DNA from: Coraliomargarita sp.
Lineage (GTDB): Bacteria; Verrucomicrobiota; Verrucomicrobiia; Opitutales; Coraliomargaritaceae
DNA length: 64,000 nt
Reading direction: 5' to 3'
Assembly (NCBI GenBank): GCA_965216325.1
Contig: OZ244160.1
Span: 76,813-140,812 of the forward strand
The translations under genes and the position numbers were made by a program. The notes below the pieces were generated by a model. That model was given only the letters and a program-made list of their open reading frames with translations, searched no databases and was not told the DNA's origin. Below, in pieces: positions 34,763-45,458 of the stretch (positions are counted from its first letter, which is position 1; each line of letters opens with the position of its first letter).

Positions 34763-36151
34763 ATGGAAGCGCTCCTGTATGGAATAATTGTCGTCCTCTT
34801 GCTCGGGGCTGTTGGGCTATTTGTCGCGAATAACAAGCAGAAGACTAGAATCAAAGTCTTAGAAGCGGATCGTCGCTCGCAGATCGAACATGAGCTCAAT
34901 CTACAAGATCCTGCTTCAGTCGTTGAAGAACCGGTTAAAAAAGTACCTGTCCCAACAAATGCAGGTTTCTCTAAGCCGGCGTCGAATGCCTTGTTTGCCA
35001 CACTGTCTCACGAGTTGCGCACGCCCTTGAATGGGGTGCTCGGGATCTCGCAGGTGCTTAATGAAGAGCGGGATAGCGAGGACCTTAAGGTGTTGGAAGG
35101 TTGTGCGCGCCATATGTTGGCGGTGTTGCACACTCTGGTGAATTTGTCGAAGGTGCAAGCTGAGTGGGGCCAACTGCCTGAGTATCGAGAGTGGGTGAGC
35201 CTGCACGAGTTGACTGAGCAAATTAAGAAAAATCTGAGTTTTCGAGCGCGTAGCCGTGGACTCAAGATTCAGCTGGAGCATCAGGATCAGACCTTGCGCT
35301 TGCGCGGTGATAGCGACCATCTGAAAACGATTATAGAGACTGCGTTGCTGGGGTCGATCGAATGTGTGGACATGACTGACCTTCCGGATGAAGAGCAGAC
35401 TTTATTGGTGACATGGTGCACCACGAAAAAGGATGTTAAGTTAATTATTGATAACCCACTGGAGACGATGGCTCCTAATCGTGGTGAACGGATTTCGGAG
35501 GTCGCTGAGCTGACCACTGGAGACAGCCATTCACGAATTAAAATGGAGTTTCTTTATTGGGCGGTCTCGTCTGCATTGCTGGAGTATTACAAGGGGGCGA
35601 TGTTGGCGGTGGCAATTGAACCCAGTGGCGTGCGCACCACGCTGGCCTTTGAGATGGAGCGTATGCATGCCTCACCAACCAGTGGATTACCCGTTGGTGG
35701 CTTACGACTTCAAACTGGGGATAAGGCCCCGAAAGCCATGGTTGAGTTGCCTCAGACTTTCAAGATTCTGGTGGCAGAGGATGATCAAATCAATCGTGGT
35801 CTGATGGGCATGTTGCTCAAGCATATGGGGCAGGATGCACATTTCGTTACGAATGGTCAGGAGGTTCTCGATAGGCTTGAGACAGAAACGGATTTCGACC
35901 TGATTTTGATGGATATTGATATGCCCATCTTGGATGGGATGTCCGCTGCACGTGCGCTACGGATCGGCGAAGTCGGCTATCATGGTATGGAAATTCCAAT
36001 TGTTGCCGTAACGGCGTTTAACGCACTCTCTGATCAGGGGAAATTTAAGAAGGCTGGCATGGACTACTTCTTGCCGAAGCCGCTGGGATTAGCAAATCTA
36101 CGTGAGGTTTTGCTCGAGATTATACGCAAGCAACGTAGCGAAGCTGTTTAA
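34763..36151 (+). CDS. Hybrid sensor kinase-like protein (HisKA + degenerate HATPase + receiver)
   Basis: SHELRTPLNG H-box; receiver LVAEDD / LMDIDMP / PKP. Confidence 0.85.
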   Translation: MEALLYGIIVVLLLGAVGLFVANNKQKTRIKVLEADRRSQIEHELNLQDPASVVEEPVKKVPVPTNAGFSKPASNALFATLSHELRTPLNGVLGISQVLNEERDSEDLKVLEGCARHMLAVLHTLVNLSKVQAEWGQLPEYREWVSLHELTEQIKKNLSFRARSRGLKIQLEHQDQTLRLRGDSDHLKTIIETALLGSIECVDMTDLPDEEQTLLVTWCTTKKDVKLIIDNPLETMAPNRGERISEVAELTTGDSHSRIKMEFLYWAVSSALLEYYKGAMLAVAIEPSGVRTTLAFEMERMHASPTSGLPVGGLRLQTGDKAPKAMVELPQTFKILVAEDDQINRGLMGMLLKHMGQDAHFVTNGQEVLDRLETETDFDLILMDIDMPILDGMSAARALRIGEVGYHGMEIPIVAVTAFNALSDQGKFKKAGMDYFLPKPLGLANLREVLLEIIRKQRSEAV

Positions 36152-36159
36152 ACTCTGTT

Positions 36160-36660
36160 ATGCGCAATAGTGTGGTTTTGATCGGAATGCCGGGCTGTGG
36201 CAAAAGCACGCTTGGGGTGTTGCTTGCGAAGCGTTTGGCGATGGGATTTGTGGATACCGATCTAATCATTCAGGCGCAGGCTGGAATGCGGCTGCAAGAA
36301 TTTCAGCAGCTCCATGGTATGGATGCCTTTCGTGAACTGGAATGTCGTGTGCTATCTTCCGTTGACTGTGCACATACCGTGGTCGCGACTGGTGGGAGTG
36401 CAATCTATTACCCGGAAGCGATGTCGCATCTCAAGGAAGTGGGCAGAGTGATCTACTTAGATGTTCCTCTCGCGGAGATTCAGAGGCGTATTGGTGCTTT
36501 ATCGGTTCGTGGTGTGGTTATGGATGCAGGGGCAACCCTTGCGGATCTCTATGAGGAGCGATCACCGCTTTACCGTGAATATGCGAATGATGTGATTGCC
36601 TGTGAAATGAAGCCGCTGGATGTCATTCTAAATGAAGTGGTCCGCTTGCTGCGCACATAG
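36160..36660 (+). CDS. aroK: Shikimate kinase
   Basis: GMPGCGKST, DTD, ATGG, RSPLY. Confidence 0.9.
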   Translation: MRNSVVLIGMPGCGKSTLGVLLAKRLAMGFVDTDLIIQAQAGMRLQEFQQLHGMDAFRELECRVLSSVDCAHTVVATGGSAIYYPEAMSHLKEVGRVIYLDVPLAEIQRRIGALSVRGVVMDAGATLADLYEERSPLYREYANDVIACEMKPLDVILNEVVRLLRT

Positions 36661-36710
36661 ATTTTGCCATTGCACCTGCGGTGCTTTATGGCGGACTGGT
36701 AGTTTGTCGT

Positions 36711-37352
36711 ATGAAAATTGAATCAGCAGTCTTTCAGGCCAGTGCACTCGACCTCGAGGCGTGTCCTCCTTCGCATTTACCCGAGTTTGCATTTGTCGGG
36801 CGTTCCAATGTGGGGAAGTCGTCGCTGATCAATATGTTGACGGCGAAATCTGAGTTGGCGCACACTTCAAGCAAGCCAGGCAAGACTCAGTTGATTAATT
36901 TCTTCAAGATTAATGATGCGTGGAATTTAGTCGATTTACCAGGCTATGGCTATGCGAAGCTGTCCAAAAAGAAACAAGAGGATTTCAACATTCATGTGAG
37001 TGGCTATTTACTGGGGCGCGAAAACCTGAAGCAGATCTTTGTGCTCGTGGATTCGCAGTTGGAACCACTGGATGGAGATCTGGCTTTTATCGATTGGTTG
37101 CAGGACTGTAAGTTGCCGTATTCGGTGATTTTTACCAAAACGGACCGTGGTTCGAACACGACTGCGAAGAATCATGCAGAGCAATTTTCGGCAGAACTGG
37201 AGCGTCTTGAGCTGAAACCTACCGAAAGTTTCACTTGTTCTTCTAAAACCCGCAAGGGCCGCAATGAGATCTTGCAGTGGATCGACAAGCAGTTGCCGAA
37301 AAAATCAAAGAAGAAAAAGGGGAAGTCGGTTAACCTCGGCTGGATGAAGTAG
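36711..37352 (+). CDS. engB: Ribosome-biogenesis GTPase YihA/YsxC
   Basis: GRSNVGKSSLIN, PGKTQ, DLPGYG, TKTD. Confidence 0.95.
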   Translation: MKIESAVFQASALDLEACPPSHLPEFAFVGRSNVGKSSLINMLTAKSELAHTSSKPGKTQLINFFKINDAWNLVDLPGYGYAKLSKKKQEDFNIHVSGYLLGRENLKQIFVLVDSQLEPLDGDLAFIDWLQDCKLPYSVIFTKTDRGSNTTAKNHAEQFSAELERLELKPTESFTCSSKTRKGRNEILQWIDKQLPKKSKKKKGKSVNLGWMK

Positions 37353-37475
37353 GGCAGCAGTTGCCTACTTTGTTAAAAGACGTATTTTCGGTTGCAGGAG
37401 CGGCGACTTTAGCACAGTGTAGGGAAAAACACCTATGTTCCGGGTGATAATTACTCTACTTAAGTGCGCATTACC

Positions 37476-37865
37476 ATGCCGTTGCCTCCTGAAATCACTT
37501 TTGATGCCAGTCTGCCGAAGGTTGATCGTGAGCAGTTGGACATGCTATTGATGGCTGATGAGGGGGAGGATGCCATCGCCTTTGTGCGTGAGATCTATCA
37601 GATTTTCCGGAGTGAGTCAGATGAGAAGCTCGCTCAATTGGATGCCATTTGCGCGTCGAATGAACTGCCTCAACTGCGCAATGCCGTTCACTTTGTGGCG
37701 GGGAGTGCTGGAAATCTGGGTATGGTGCGCTTGCACAGCCTCCTGCGGGCGATCGAAGAGGCAATTGATCTGCAACAGCTTACCGCCCCAGAAGCACTGG
37801 TGGCGTCGATACGAAGGGAGTATACGAGCGCCTGTGAGGCCTTCGAGCAGGAGCTTCTAGCTTAG
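37476..37865 (+). CDS. Hpt (histidine phosphotransfer) domain protein
   Basis: VHFVAGSAGNLG matches the Hpt HxxxGSaxxlG pattern. Confidence 0.85.
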   Translation: MPLPPEITFDASLPKVDREQLDMLLMADEGEDAIAFVREIYQIFRSESDEKLAQLDAICASNELPQLRNAVHFVAGSAGNLGMVRLHSLLRAIEEAIDLQQLTAPEALVASIRREYTSACEAFEQELLA

Positions 37866-38011
37866 TTTTTGGCGTCCGGTGGCGTTTGTTCAAATCCGTG
37901 CACGTGCTCGGTCTCTTCCGGAGTGCGTAGCACTTTGAGGATACACCAAAGTAGTAGGGCGCTGACTGAGCCTACTGAGAGGGCCATGATAATCCATCCA
38001 CTCAAGGTCAT
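37862..38011 (-). CDS. 49-aa single-TM protein, putative NSS transporter small subunit (MetS-like)
   Basis: Manual translation [53 protein letters not shown] overlap with the transporter stop. Confidence 0.8.
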   Translation of the reverse strand: MTLSGWIIMALSVGSVSALLLWCILKVLRTPEETEHVHGFEQTPPDAKN

Positions 38012-39732
38012 TTGGATGCCTCCTTATCAGTTACTTTTTTATAGTCTGGGTTAAGCGACACAATGAAGACGAACAATGCCGCTACGGTTGAAATTAGACC
38101 TACGCTGAGCCAGGCAACTGTATTCGGCTCGATGAATAGGTCGCGAACGTATCCACTGACTTCGGATTCACCTGTCTGGAAATTCAAGCCGAAGATATTG
38201 CTGGCGATCCACATCACGAAGATAATTAGCAGGAAGGCGGGGCAGAGGTATTTCATGATCACTCTGAAAAATCCTGGAATGCGTATTGCGGATCCTTCGT
38301 GCGCTAACTCGAGGCCTTTGTCGACTCCGAGAATCCAGCCAAAAATTATGATCTGAATCGTCGAGAGCACGAAGATCAGGAAAGTGCCGACCCAGAAATC
38401 CATGGTGTCGAGTGCTTTCACACCGGCGCTAAAGTAGACCACAAAGCCACAGCCGACGACTGTGATCAGGCCGAGGAGGGCGACTGACTGCTTGCGGTTG
38501 ATTTTTAGGGCTTCCTCCAGAAAGGCGATGCCCGGCTGCAACATCGAGAGTGAGCTGGTGACCGCAGCCAGAAAGAGGAGGAAGAAGAATAGGAAGCCGA
38601 ACAGTCCGCCGAAGGCCATATTGGCGAAGACCATCGGAAGCACATTGAATCCGAGGCCAAAGGTGCCCATGCCAGCCACGCCGGCCACTCCGAGGAAGGT
38701 CACGGCAGCAGGCAGGGTAATCAAGCCGCCAAGAGCGACTTCGCAGAACTCGTTGGCGCTGGTGGCCGCTAGGCCGCTTAACACCACATCATCCTTTTTC
38801 GATAAGTAGCTGGAGTAGGTGATGATCACGCCGAAGCCCACGGACAAGGAGAAGAAGATTTGTCCCGCGGCTGCGAGCCAGAGGTTCGGGTTTAGCAATT
38901 GCTCTACCACAGTGATCGTGTGGATGCGTAGGTTCTCGTCGTCGGCTGCTTGAGTCTCTATATTGGCCAAGCGTGTGGCATCGACGATTTCCTCGCCGCG
39001 AATCCATTGACCTTCGTTGTTTTTGCTTTCAACGACTTGTTTTTGAGGATTCCACATGAAGCCTAGGCCATTGTTCACGTTGCGATCCGGGTGCGCTGCA
39101 TCGGGTGTGCCGAGGGTGAGCACGCGAAACAAGATGACGAATGCAATTAGCACGAGTGTGGGCATCGCATACTTGCAGAATAGCTCGATACCTTTGGAGA
39201 GCCCCCGATAGATCAACACGAAATTCAGTATAAAGACCAGTATGAGGAATACGCCGACCTGCTTGAGTCCAAAGCCCAGTGCGGAACCGTCGGCTTCAAT
39301 GCCGATGAAACCACCCCAGAATGCGCTGGCATCGCTAACGGTCGCAAAGTCCATATTGCCTGCGAGGAAGTTGACCGCATAGCCCAAGCACCACGCCTCG
39401 ATGTAGACGTAATACATGTAAATGATGACAGGGATGAGCACCCCAATGACGCCCAAATATTTGAAGGCTGGCTTTTGAGTAATGTAGTTGTAGATGCCCG
39501 GGCTTGAATTGAAGCCGCCTTGTCCGCCGTGGCGCCCCATGGTCCATTCTGCCCAGCAAATTGGCAAGCCGATCAGCAAGAAGGAGATGAAGTAGGCCAA
39601 CATAAAGGCACCACCACCAAATTCTGCTGCTTGACCGGGAAAACGAAGGAAATTACCGAGGCCAACCGCGCTACCGGCTACCGCTAAGATGACGCCGACG
39701 CGCGAGTTCCAAGATTCCGTATGCTTACTCAT
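38008..39732 (-). CDS. Sodium-dependent transporter, NSS/SLC6 family
   Basis: [29 protein letters not shown]. Confidence 0.94.
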   Translation of the reverse strand: MSKHTESWNSRVGVILAVAGSAVGLGNFLRFPGQAAEFGGGAFMLAYFISFLLIGLPICWAEWTMGRHGGQGGFNSSPGIYNYITQKPAFKYLGVIGVLIPVIIYMYYVYIEAWCLGYAVNFLAGNMDFATVSDASAFWGGFIGIEADGSALGFGLKQVGVFLILVFILNFVLIYRGLSKGIELFCKYAMPTLVLIAFVILFRVLTLGTPDAAHPDRNVNNGLGFMWNPQKQVVESKNNEGQWIRGEEIVDATRLANIETQAADDENLRIHTITVVEQLLNPNLWLAAAGQIFFSLSVGFGVIITYSSYLSKKDDVVLSGLAATSANEFCEVALGGLITLPAAVTFLGVAGVAGMGTFGLGFNVLPMVFANMAFGGLFGFLFFFLLFLAAVTSSLSMLQPGIAFLEEALKINRKQSVALLGLITVVGCGFVVYFSAGVKALDTMDFWVGTFLIFVLSTIQIIIFGWILGVDKGLELAHEGSAIRIPGFFRVIMKYLCPAFLLIIFVMWIASNIFGLNFQTGESEVSGYVRDLFIEPNTVAWLSVGLISTVAALFVFIVSLNPDYKKVTDKEASK

Positions 39733-39831
39733 GTGATGAGCGCTATTAATTGGTCGGCTGCAATGATAAGCCAGAAAAAAATCTGCTAAACAGGGTGACT
39801 TTCGCCGCAGGGCTGTCTTAGATCGTAGGAT

Positions 39832-40944
39832 ATGTCTTTGATTGATCGCTATGTTTTGAAGGAGTGGGCCGTCGCGTTTGCGCTCACACTGGGTGTCGTG
39901 CTCGGTATTCTTATCCTGCAAAACATGTATGATAGTTTGCCGGATCTGCTGGATGCCGGAGCAAATTTTGAGCAAATTGTATTCTACTATGGATTGGCCT
40001 TGCCCGGATACATGCCAACCATTCTGCCAATTACTTTTCTGGTATCGTTGCTGTTTTCAGTGGGCACCTTGCATCGTAACAATGAGATCACTGCGATGCG
40101 AGCTTCAGGCTGTAGCTTGTTTCGGCTGAGCCGTTCACTATGGTTGGCTGGCCTGTTGCTTTCCTTCGGATTATTCTACCTGACCGCGCTGGTGATTCCA
40201 CGCACGGTGGAACAGGCGCGCACCTTTTTTGAGAATTTGGAATTTGCTGCGGAAGCGGTGCAGCGGGATGCCAAGGAAGTTGGGCTCATTTATAATCTCG
40301 GCTTCGACAATCGCAAAGACAACCGGCTGTGGTTCATGAATCGTTTCAGTGAGCAGGCCTGGCTCGCGATGGGGGTCAATGTTCATACGCGTACTGAGGA
40401 TGGGCGTGAAATACACCGAATCTCCGCTGAAGAAGCTTATTTCGATGAGGCATTGGGCTATTGGGTGTTCCAAGATGGCCGTGAGTTGATCATCGATGAA
40501 GAGACTGGAGATGAGTTGGGATTACTGCCCTTTGAGGAGAAGGTGTTCGAGAGCTTTACAGAGGATCCAAGCCTGATGCTAACTTTGCATAAAGATGCAG
40601 ACGAGCTGTCTTTGAATGAGCTTCGCCGTATTATGGATACGGTGCCCGCGGAGGAGAACCCTGCCGTGCATGCCTATGCGGTGCGCTATTTCCACCTGCT
40701 GGCCGCTCCGTTTAGTTGTTTCGTGCTGGTTGGGATCGCGGTGCCGTTTGCGACTTCGGGCGTGCGGACTAACCCAATGATCGGCATTTCCAAGTGTTTA
40801 AGCTATTTCGTCGGCTTTTTGGTTTTGGTTAGTTTCTGCTCGCTGCTTGGAGAGCGTCAAATCTTGACGACATGGTTGGCTGCGTGGTTACCGAATATTC
40901 TAATGCTTGGTGTGGCCGTCTGGCTCTTTGCCCGAGCGCGATAA
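39832..40944 (+). CDS. LptF/LptG family permease
   Basis: [23 protein letters not shown]. Confidence 0.92.
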   Translation: MSLIDRYVLKEWAVAFALTLGVVLGILILQNMYDSLPDLLDAGANFEQIVFYYGLALPGYMPTILPITFLVSLLFSVGTLHRNNEITAMRASGCSLFRLSRSLWLAGLLLSFGLFYLTALVIPRTVEQARTFFENLEFAAEAVQRDAKEVGLIYNLGFDNRKDNRLWFMNRFSEQAWLAMGVNVHTRTEDGREIHRISAEEAYFDEALGYWVFQDGRELIIDEETGDELGLLPFEEKVFESFTEDPSLMLTLHKDADELSLNELRRIMDTVPAEENPAVHAYAVRYFHLLAAPFSCFVLVGIAVPFATSGVRTNPMIGISKCLSYFVGFLVLVSFCSLLGERQILTTWLAAWLPNILMLGVAVWLFARAR

Positions 40945-40946
40945 CG

Positions 40947-42059
40947 ATGGAAGCGTCTTCTTACTCGATTACGTTGGCTGATTCGGCCAGCACCAGTTCA
41001 CATCCATGGCTGCCGAAGTCGGCACTGAGTTTTCCAAAAGGGGAGCCACCGCATGCGACAGCCGCGACTTTGGTCGATGCCCAGGGGCAGTCGCTCGGCA
41101 GTGGCCTCTATGATCCACGTGATCCGCTGGGGGCTTGGCGGCGCTTCAGCTGGGGCGAAGCGGTGGCGTTTGACGAAAGCTATATCGCGGCGACCATCCA
41201 CGAGGCTTTGGGGCGTCGTGGTGAAGAATCGTGCCGCCGCTTGATTAGTTCTGACGCGGATTATTTACCTGGTCTGATTGTCGAGCAGTTTGAAGATCTA
41301 ATTTTGATCGAGACACAAACAGCTGCAGTTGAGCAGCACCAGTCGTTGGTGGCGGAAATTCTAAAGGAATGCTACGCGCCGCAAGAGATGGTGCTTATCA
41401 ATCAGGTGGGTGAGCGTCGCACGCTGAGTGGCAATAATCTTAAGGGGCGCTGGGTTGAGTTGGATGGTCTCTCGTATCGTATCGACCCGCTGAACGTAGA
41501 GAAAGCACGACTCTATTTGGATCAGCGCGAGCAATACTCGTTGGTTGGCAGTCTATGTGAAGGTCGCCATGTGCTCGATTGTTTTGCGCATAGTGGTGCT
41601 TTTGCGCTGCAGGCGATGCATTGTGGCGCCGACTTGGCAGTTGCGGTCGACGCCAATCATTTCTGCGCGAAAGCCATTGGTGCGAATGCTCAGAAGAATG
41701 GTCTCGTCGTTGAGGCAATCCATGCAGGGGTGGATGAGGTCTTGGATCGTTGTGACCCCGGAGCCTTTGATGCGATCGTTTTTGATCCGCCCGAGCAGTT
41801 CTCCGCGAATGCAGAAGCTTTGGAAGCGATGCACCGTAAGGCCTTTGCAATCCTTCCGCCAGGGGGCGTTTTGGCAACGTATTGCCGTGGCTCGGCTCTA
41901 GAGGCGGCTGAGTTTGATCAGATTGTATCGAATGCAGCTGCTGCAATGGGCCGCGAGGGGCGCATCTTCGCTCGCATCAGCCAACCTTTCGATTTTCCTG
42001 TGCTGTTAAATCTGCCGGAAAGTCGTTCGTTGAAGGGGCTAATCCTGCAGGTTGAGTGA
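40947..42059 (+). CDS. Class I SAM-dependent RNA methyltransferase (RlmI-like)
   Basis: DYLPGLIVEQF, YLDQRE, LDCFAHSGAFAL, FDPP. Confidence 0.8.
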   Translation: MEASSYSITLADSASTSSHPWLPKSALSFPKGEPPHATAATLVDAQGQSLGSGLYDPRDPLGAWRRFSWGEAVAFDESYIAATIHEALGRRGEESCRRLISSDADYLPGLIVEQFEDLILIETQTAAVEQHQSLVAEILKECYAPQEMVLINQVGERRTLSGNNLKGRWVELDGLSYRIDPLNVEKARLYLDQREQYSLVGSLCEGRHVLDCFAHSGAFALQAMHCGADLAVAVDANHFCAKAIGANAQKNGLVVEAIHAGVDEVLDRCDPGAFDAIVFDPPEQFSANAEALEAMHRKAFAILPPGGVLATYCRGSALEAAEFDQIVSNAAAAMGREGRIFARISQPFDFPVLLNLPESRSLKGLILQVE

Positions 42060-42072
42060 ATCTAGTCTGCGC

Positions 42073-42945
42073 TTAGTGGATACGTTCACCCATTGCTTGA
42101 ATTAGACTCACCAAGAATTCGGTGTTCCCCCCAAGTGCTTCGCACAGCTCAATGGCTTTGTGTGTGTGAGCGTTTGCCTGTTCGCGCGCGCCGTCGATAC
42201 CGTGGAGCGCGACGTAGGTCGATTTGTCGGCTGCGGCGTCGTTGCCGACCGGTTTGCCCATGGCTTCGGCGCTGGAGGTCGCATCGAGAATGTCGTCGAT
42301 GACTTGAAAGGCCATGCCGAGTTCGTAGCCGATCTGGCGCATCTGTGCGATGTGTTGGTCGCTTGGATTACCAAAGTGTAGGCCCATCATGAGTGCAGCA
42401 GTTAGCAAGGCTGCGGTCTTATTTTCGTGAATGAAGCGGAGTGTGTCGGCGTCGATCGGTTTGCCTTCATTTTCGATGTCCTCCATCTGGCCGCCGATCA
42501 GTTGTTGGCTACTGGAGGCCTCAGCAAGCTCGCTTATCAGTGCGGTAGCGAGTGCAGGGGTGTCGCGGTATGCCTTGGATAACAGTTGAAAGGCATAGGT
42601 GAGGAGGGCGTCGCCTGCGAGCACAGCGGTGGCTTCGTCGAACTGCACATGGCAGGAGGGGCGACCACGGCGAAGGTCGCTATCATCGATCGAGGGCAGA
42701 TCATCGTGGATCAGTGTGTAGGTGTGCAGGCATTCGATTGCGACTGCGGCGGCAACCGGATCCGCTTGGCTTGGAAACAGCTCGCTGGCAGCGATGAGTA
42801 ACACAGGGCGCAAGCGCTTGCCGCCAGCTTCCATCGAATAACGCATGGCCGCGTGGAGGTTCGCTGGACGCGTCTCTGCGCTGGGTAGGAGATTGTCAAT
42901 CCCTTGCTCGACACGTTGTTGGTAGCTGAGTAATTTTTCTTTCAA
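42073..42945 (-). CDS. ispA: Polyprenyl (farnesyl/geranylgeranyl) diphosphate synthase
   Basis: GGKRLRP, IHDDLPSIDDSDLRRG, FQVIDDILD. Confidence 0.92.
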   Translation of the reverse strand: MKEKLLSYQQRVEQGIDNLLPSAETRPANLHAAMRYSMEAGGKRLRPVLLIAASELFPSQADPVAAAVAIECLHTYTLIHDDLPSIDDSDLRRGRPSCHVQFDEATAVLAGDALLTYAFQLLSKAYRDTPALATALISELAEASSSQQLIGGQMEDIENEGKPIDADTLRFIHENKTAALLTAALMMGLHFGNPSDQHIAQMRQIGYELGMAFQVIDDILDATSSAEAMGKPVGNDAAADKSTYVALHGIDGAREQANAHTHKAIELCEALGGNTEFLVSLIQAMGERIH

Positions 42946-42982
42946 TACGTTATCCTCTGGGATAGCTGTATTGAATCCAGCT

Positions 42983-43579
42983 ATGAAGGAAACCCCAATT
43001 TTTGAAGAACTGTGTATCCGCTTAGTGCGTCAACCGCAAGTGGGACTGAAGCTGCTGATTGGAGGGCTGCTCTCGTTTGTCCCGGTCTTGAATCTGCTGG
43101 CTTTTGGTTACCTCTACCGACTGACACTAAAAGTGCGGCAGACGGGTCGTTTTGAGTTACCTAATTGGGAGGACTGGAGTGGGCTCTTTCGCGATGGCAT
43201 CCGCTTTGCGATCCCTTGGCTTGCATATTGGCTGGTGCCGGTAGGTGGCGGCTTTGTGCTCGCCTCGATTCTTGGGAGTATTGGACTCGGTGCTTTATCT
43301 TACCTTCTGTTTAGTGTCATCTTGGCACTGTCGCCTGTGTTTTTGGGAGCTGCTTTATTCCGAGTGCAGGCGCGTAATGATTTTAAGGCCTTGCTGGATG
43401 TCGTTTTAATTCTACGCCTAAGTGTCTTGCAGTGGAGTCGTATGTTGGTGCCGATTTTGACATTCGCGGGTTTGTTATTTGTCGCAGGCCCATTGTATGG
43501 TTTTTCAATGTTTATCGGTTTTGTTTTAATACTTACTTACACGACGTATACATTTAGTGCATTAGAATCTCGCCGTTAG
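42983..43579 (+). CDS. DUF4013-like membrane protein
   Basis: LIGGLL...GYLYR...LPNWEDWSGLFRDG pattern. Confidence 0.7.
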   Translation: MKETPIFEELCIRLVRQPQVGLKLLIGGLLSFVPVLNLLAFGYLYRLTLKVRQTGRFELPNWEDWSGLFRDGIRFAIPWLAYWLVPVGGGFVLASILGSIGLGALSYLLFSVILALSPVFLGAALFRVQARNDFKALLDVVLILRLSVLQWSRMLVPILTFAGLLFVAGPLYGFSMFIGFVLILTYTTYTFSALESRR

Positions 43580-43612
43580 AATACATGGTAATGTTCACTT
43601 GGATATATTTTT

Positions 43613-44308
43613 ATGACTAAATCAAATGATAAGGGACCGGGGATTGTGAGTATTGCAATCGCTGGTATGATGATGGCAGCGATTGGTGCCTTTGCTGGGG
43701 TGGTTTTTATGGCTACATATCCGATTCAGGCTTTTTCTAGTCAGGCTGAGCTGGATCGCCATTTAGAAGAGGGCGATGAAGAGGCGCATTTGGTTCAACC
43801 CAGAGAGGTTTACTACATTGAAGGGCCAGATCGTAGTAGCGTTAGCTGGCAGCAAGTGCGTAAAGACATTTTGGATGGGCGCAAAGATGTGATCGATTTG
43901 CCAGCTGGTGTCATTAATACGTGGTTGAGTTCCAATTTCCAGATCGGCCATGCTGGGGAGGGCTCTTCGAGTGGTATCATGGTCTTACCTGGGATGCCTA
44001 AAGTGTCTTCGTTGCAAACGGGGGAGGTATTCCTCAGCATGCCGATAGAATTTAAAGTGTATGGAACCAGCTATAATCGCACCTATGTCGTGATCGGACA
44101 TATTGATCAAACGACTCGCCCCAAATTTGTGATCGACCAAATACAACTCGATTGTGCGAGCATTCCGGTTCTTGGCGTGGGCGAGTTGTTACATCAGCGT
44201 TTAGTTTCCATTTTTAGCGGAACTGATGAGTTTAAACAGCTTGCAGCTGCACTGGCTGAATTCAGTTCGGTAGAGGTCGGTGATAATAGTTTCCGTCTAA
44301 GGCGTTAA
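43613..44308 (+). CDS. Hypothetical membrane-anchored protein
   Basis: 231-aa ORF with N-terminal TM, tight operon spacing. Confidence 0.75.
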   Translation: MTKSNDKGPGIVSIAIAGMMMAAIGAFAGVVFMATYPIQAFSSQAELDRHLEEGDEEAHLVQPREVYYIEGPDRSSVSWQQVRKDILDGRKDVIDLPAGVINTWLSSNFQIGHAGEGSSSGIMVLPGMPKVSSLQTGEVFLSMPIEFKVYGTSYNRTYVVIGHIDQTTRPKFVIDQIQLDCASIPVLGVGELLHQRLVSIFSGTDEFKQLAAALAEFSSVEVGDNSFRLRR

Positions 44309-44324
44309 GCTGACTTCTTGACGT

Positions 44325-45458
44325 ATGCTCTCTCTACGCAGTTTGCTTGTTGCGCTCTGTGCTCTGCTGGGGCTCGTCCACGCGGACGATAGAACACGTG
44401 TTCGCACCATCGAGGGGCCGCATTTCAATCTCGTAGGTGCAGATGCTCGATCACTTTCCTATGTCGAGGCTCTGATTGATAGTCTCACCTCAGTTGGCGA
44501 AAAATACTTGAAAGAGGCTCCTTTGGATTTTGAGCCCAAGGTGTATGTCGCTTTGCGCCCTGAAGAGCACGTGAGTTTTGAGGGCGATTACAGGGTCACG
44601 CAAGATGTTTCCAAGGTTAATCTGGACTTTAATTGGTCGCAAGATTTGGCCTTGGAGACTGTGTGTTATGCATTGGCTGAGGCATATTTGAAGCAGTATT
44701 CAATTTATAGATACGGGCCTCAAGGGCCGCGGTCGATGCGTGCTTGGGTCGTCTCGGCATTCGCGTATCAGACTTACTTGCGTCTACGGCCGGCTGCTTA
44801 TATCGGCATAGTCGAGCATGCACGCACGCAGCGCACCCCTGTATGTGCGGAATTGTTTTCCTATACTTTGGCTGGTGAACCTAGAACTCGTGATTTGGAG
44901 CGGGGCTACTGGGTCCTTCAGATTATGCGTTCGTCAGGTTTTTCTCGTTCGGACATTGCCTATTACTGTGAGCGGGCAGTGGCCGGAGATAATATCCATA
45001 TGGCATTAGAGGCGTCATTGCAGCCTGCTGGTTCTGATGAACTCGTTGTTGCTCTACAAGATTGGTGGAATTTCAACTGGCGTGAACTGATGAGTGCACA
45101 GCTTGAGCGTTTTGAGTCTATGGATGAATCTCGGCAGTGGATTGGTGTTCTGGCCAATTTTTCCGGCTACAATGAAGACGGACCGGAGCTAAAGAATCTG
45201 CGCTCTCTTTGGGAATATCGTGAGAATGAGGCCTTGCGGGAAACGCTCCAAGCCAGACTGGAGTTGATCCGCTTACGTGTGGTTCAAGTAAACCCTGGGT
45301 ATTTTAATGCAGCTCGATCTCTCGGAGCGTTGTATGAAACGGTTTTAGACTCAGACAAACAATTTGAGTTTGTTCGTGCCTTGACTGTCTATCTAAGGGA
45401 CTTCGAAGACACGAAGCGTATGCATGTCGAAGTCTTGGATGAGCTTGATGCGCTCTAA
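44325..45458 (+). CDS. Hypothetical exported protein
   Basis: 377-aa ORF with signal peptide (LLGLVHA-DD). Confidence 0.75.
   Translation: MLSLRSLLVALCALLGLVHADDRTRVRTIEGPHFNLVGADARSLSYVEALIDSLTSVGEKYLKEAPLDFEPKVYVALRPEEHVSFEGDYRVTQDVSKVNLDFNWSQDLALETVCYALAEAYLKQYSIYRYGPQGPRSMRAWVVSAFAYQTYLRLRPAAYIGIVEHARTQRTPVCAELFSYTLAGEPRTRDLERGYWVLQIMRSSGFSRSDIAYYCERAVAGDNIHMALEASLQPAGSDELVVALQDWWNFNWRELMSAQLERFESMDESRQWIGVLANFSGYNEDGPELKNLRSLWEYRENEALRETLQARLELIRLRVVQVNPGYFNAARSLGALYETVLDSDKQFEFVRALTVYLRDFEDTKRMHVEVLDELDAL

Noticed and set aside
39733..39975. N-terminal extension of the NSS transporter
   Set aside because: Overlaps the divergent lptF/G gene; homology starts at MSKHTESW
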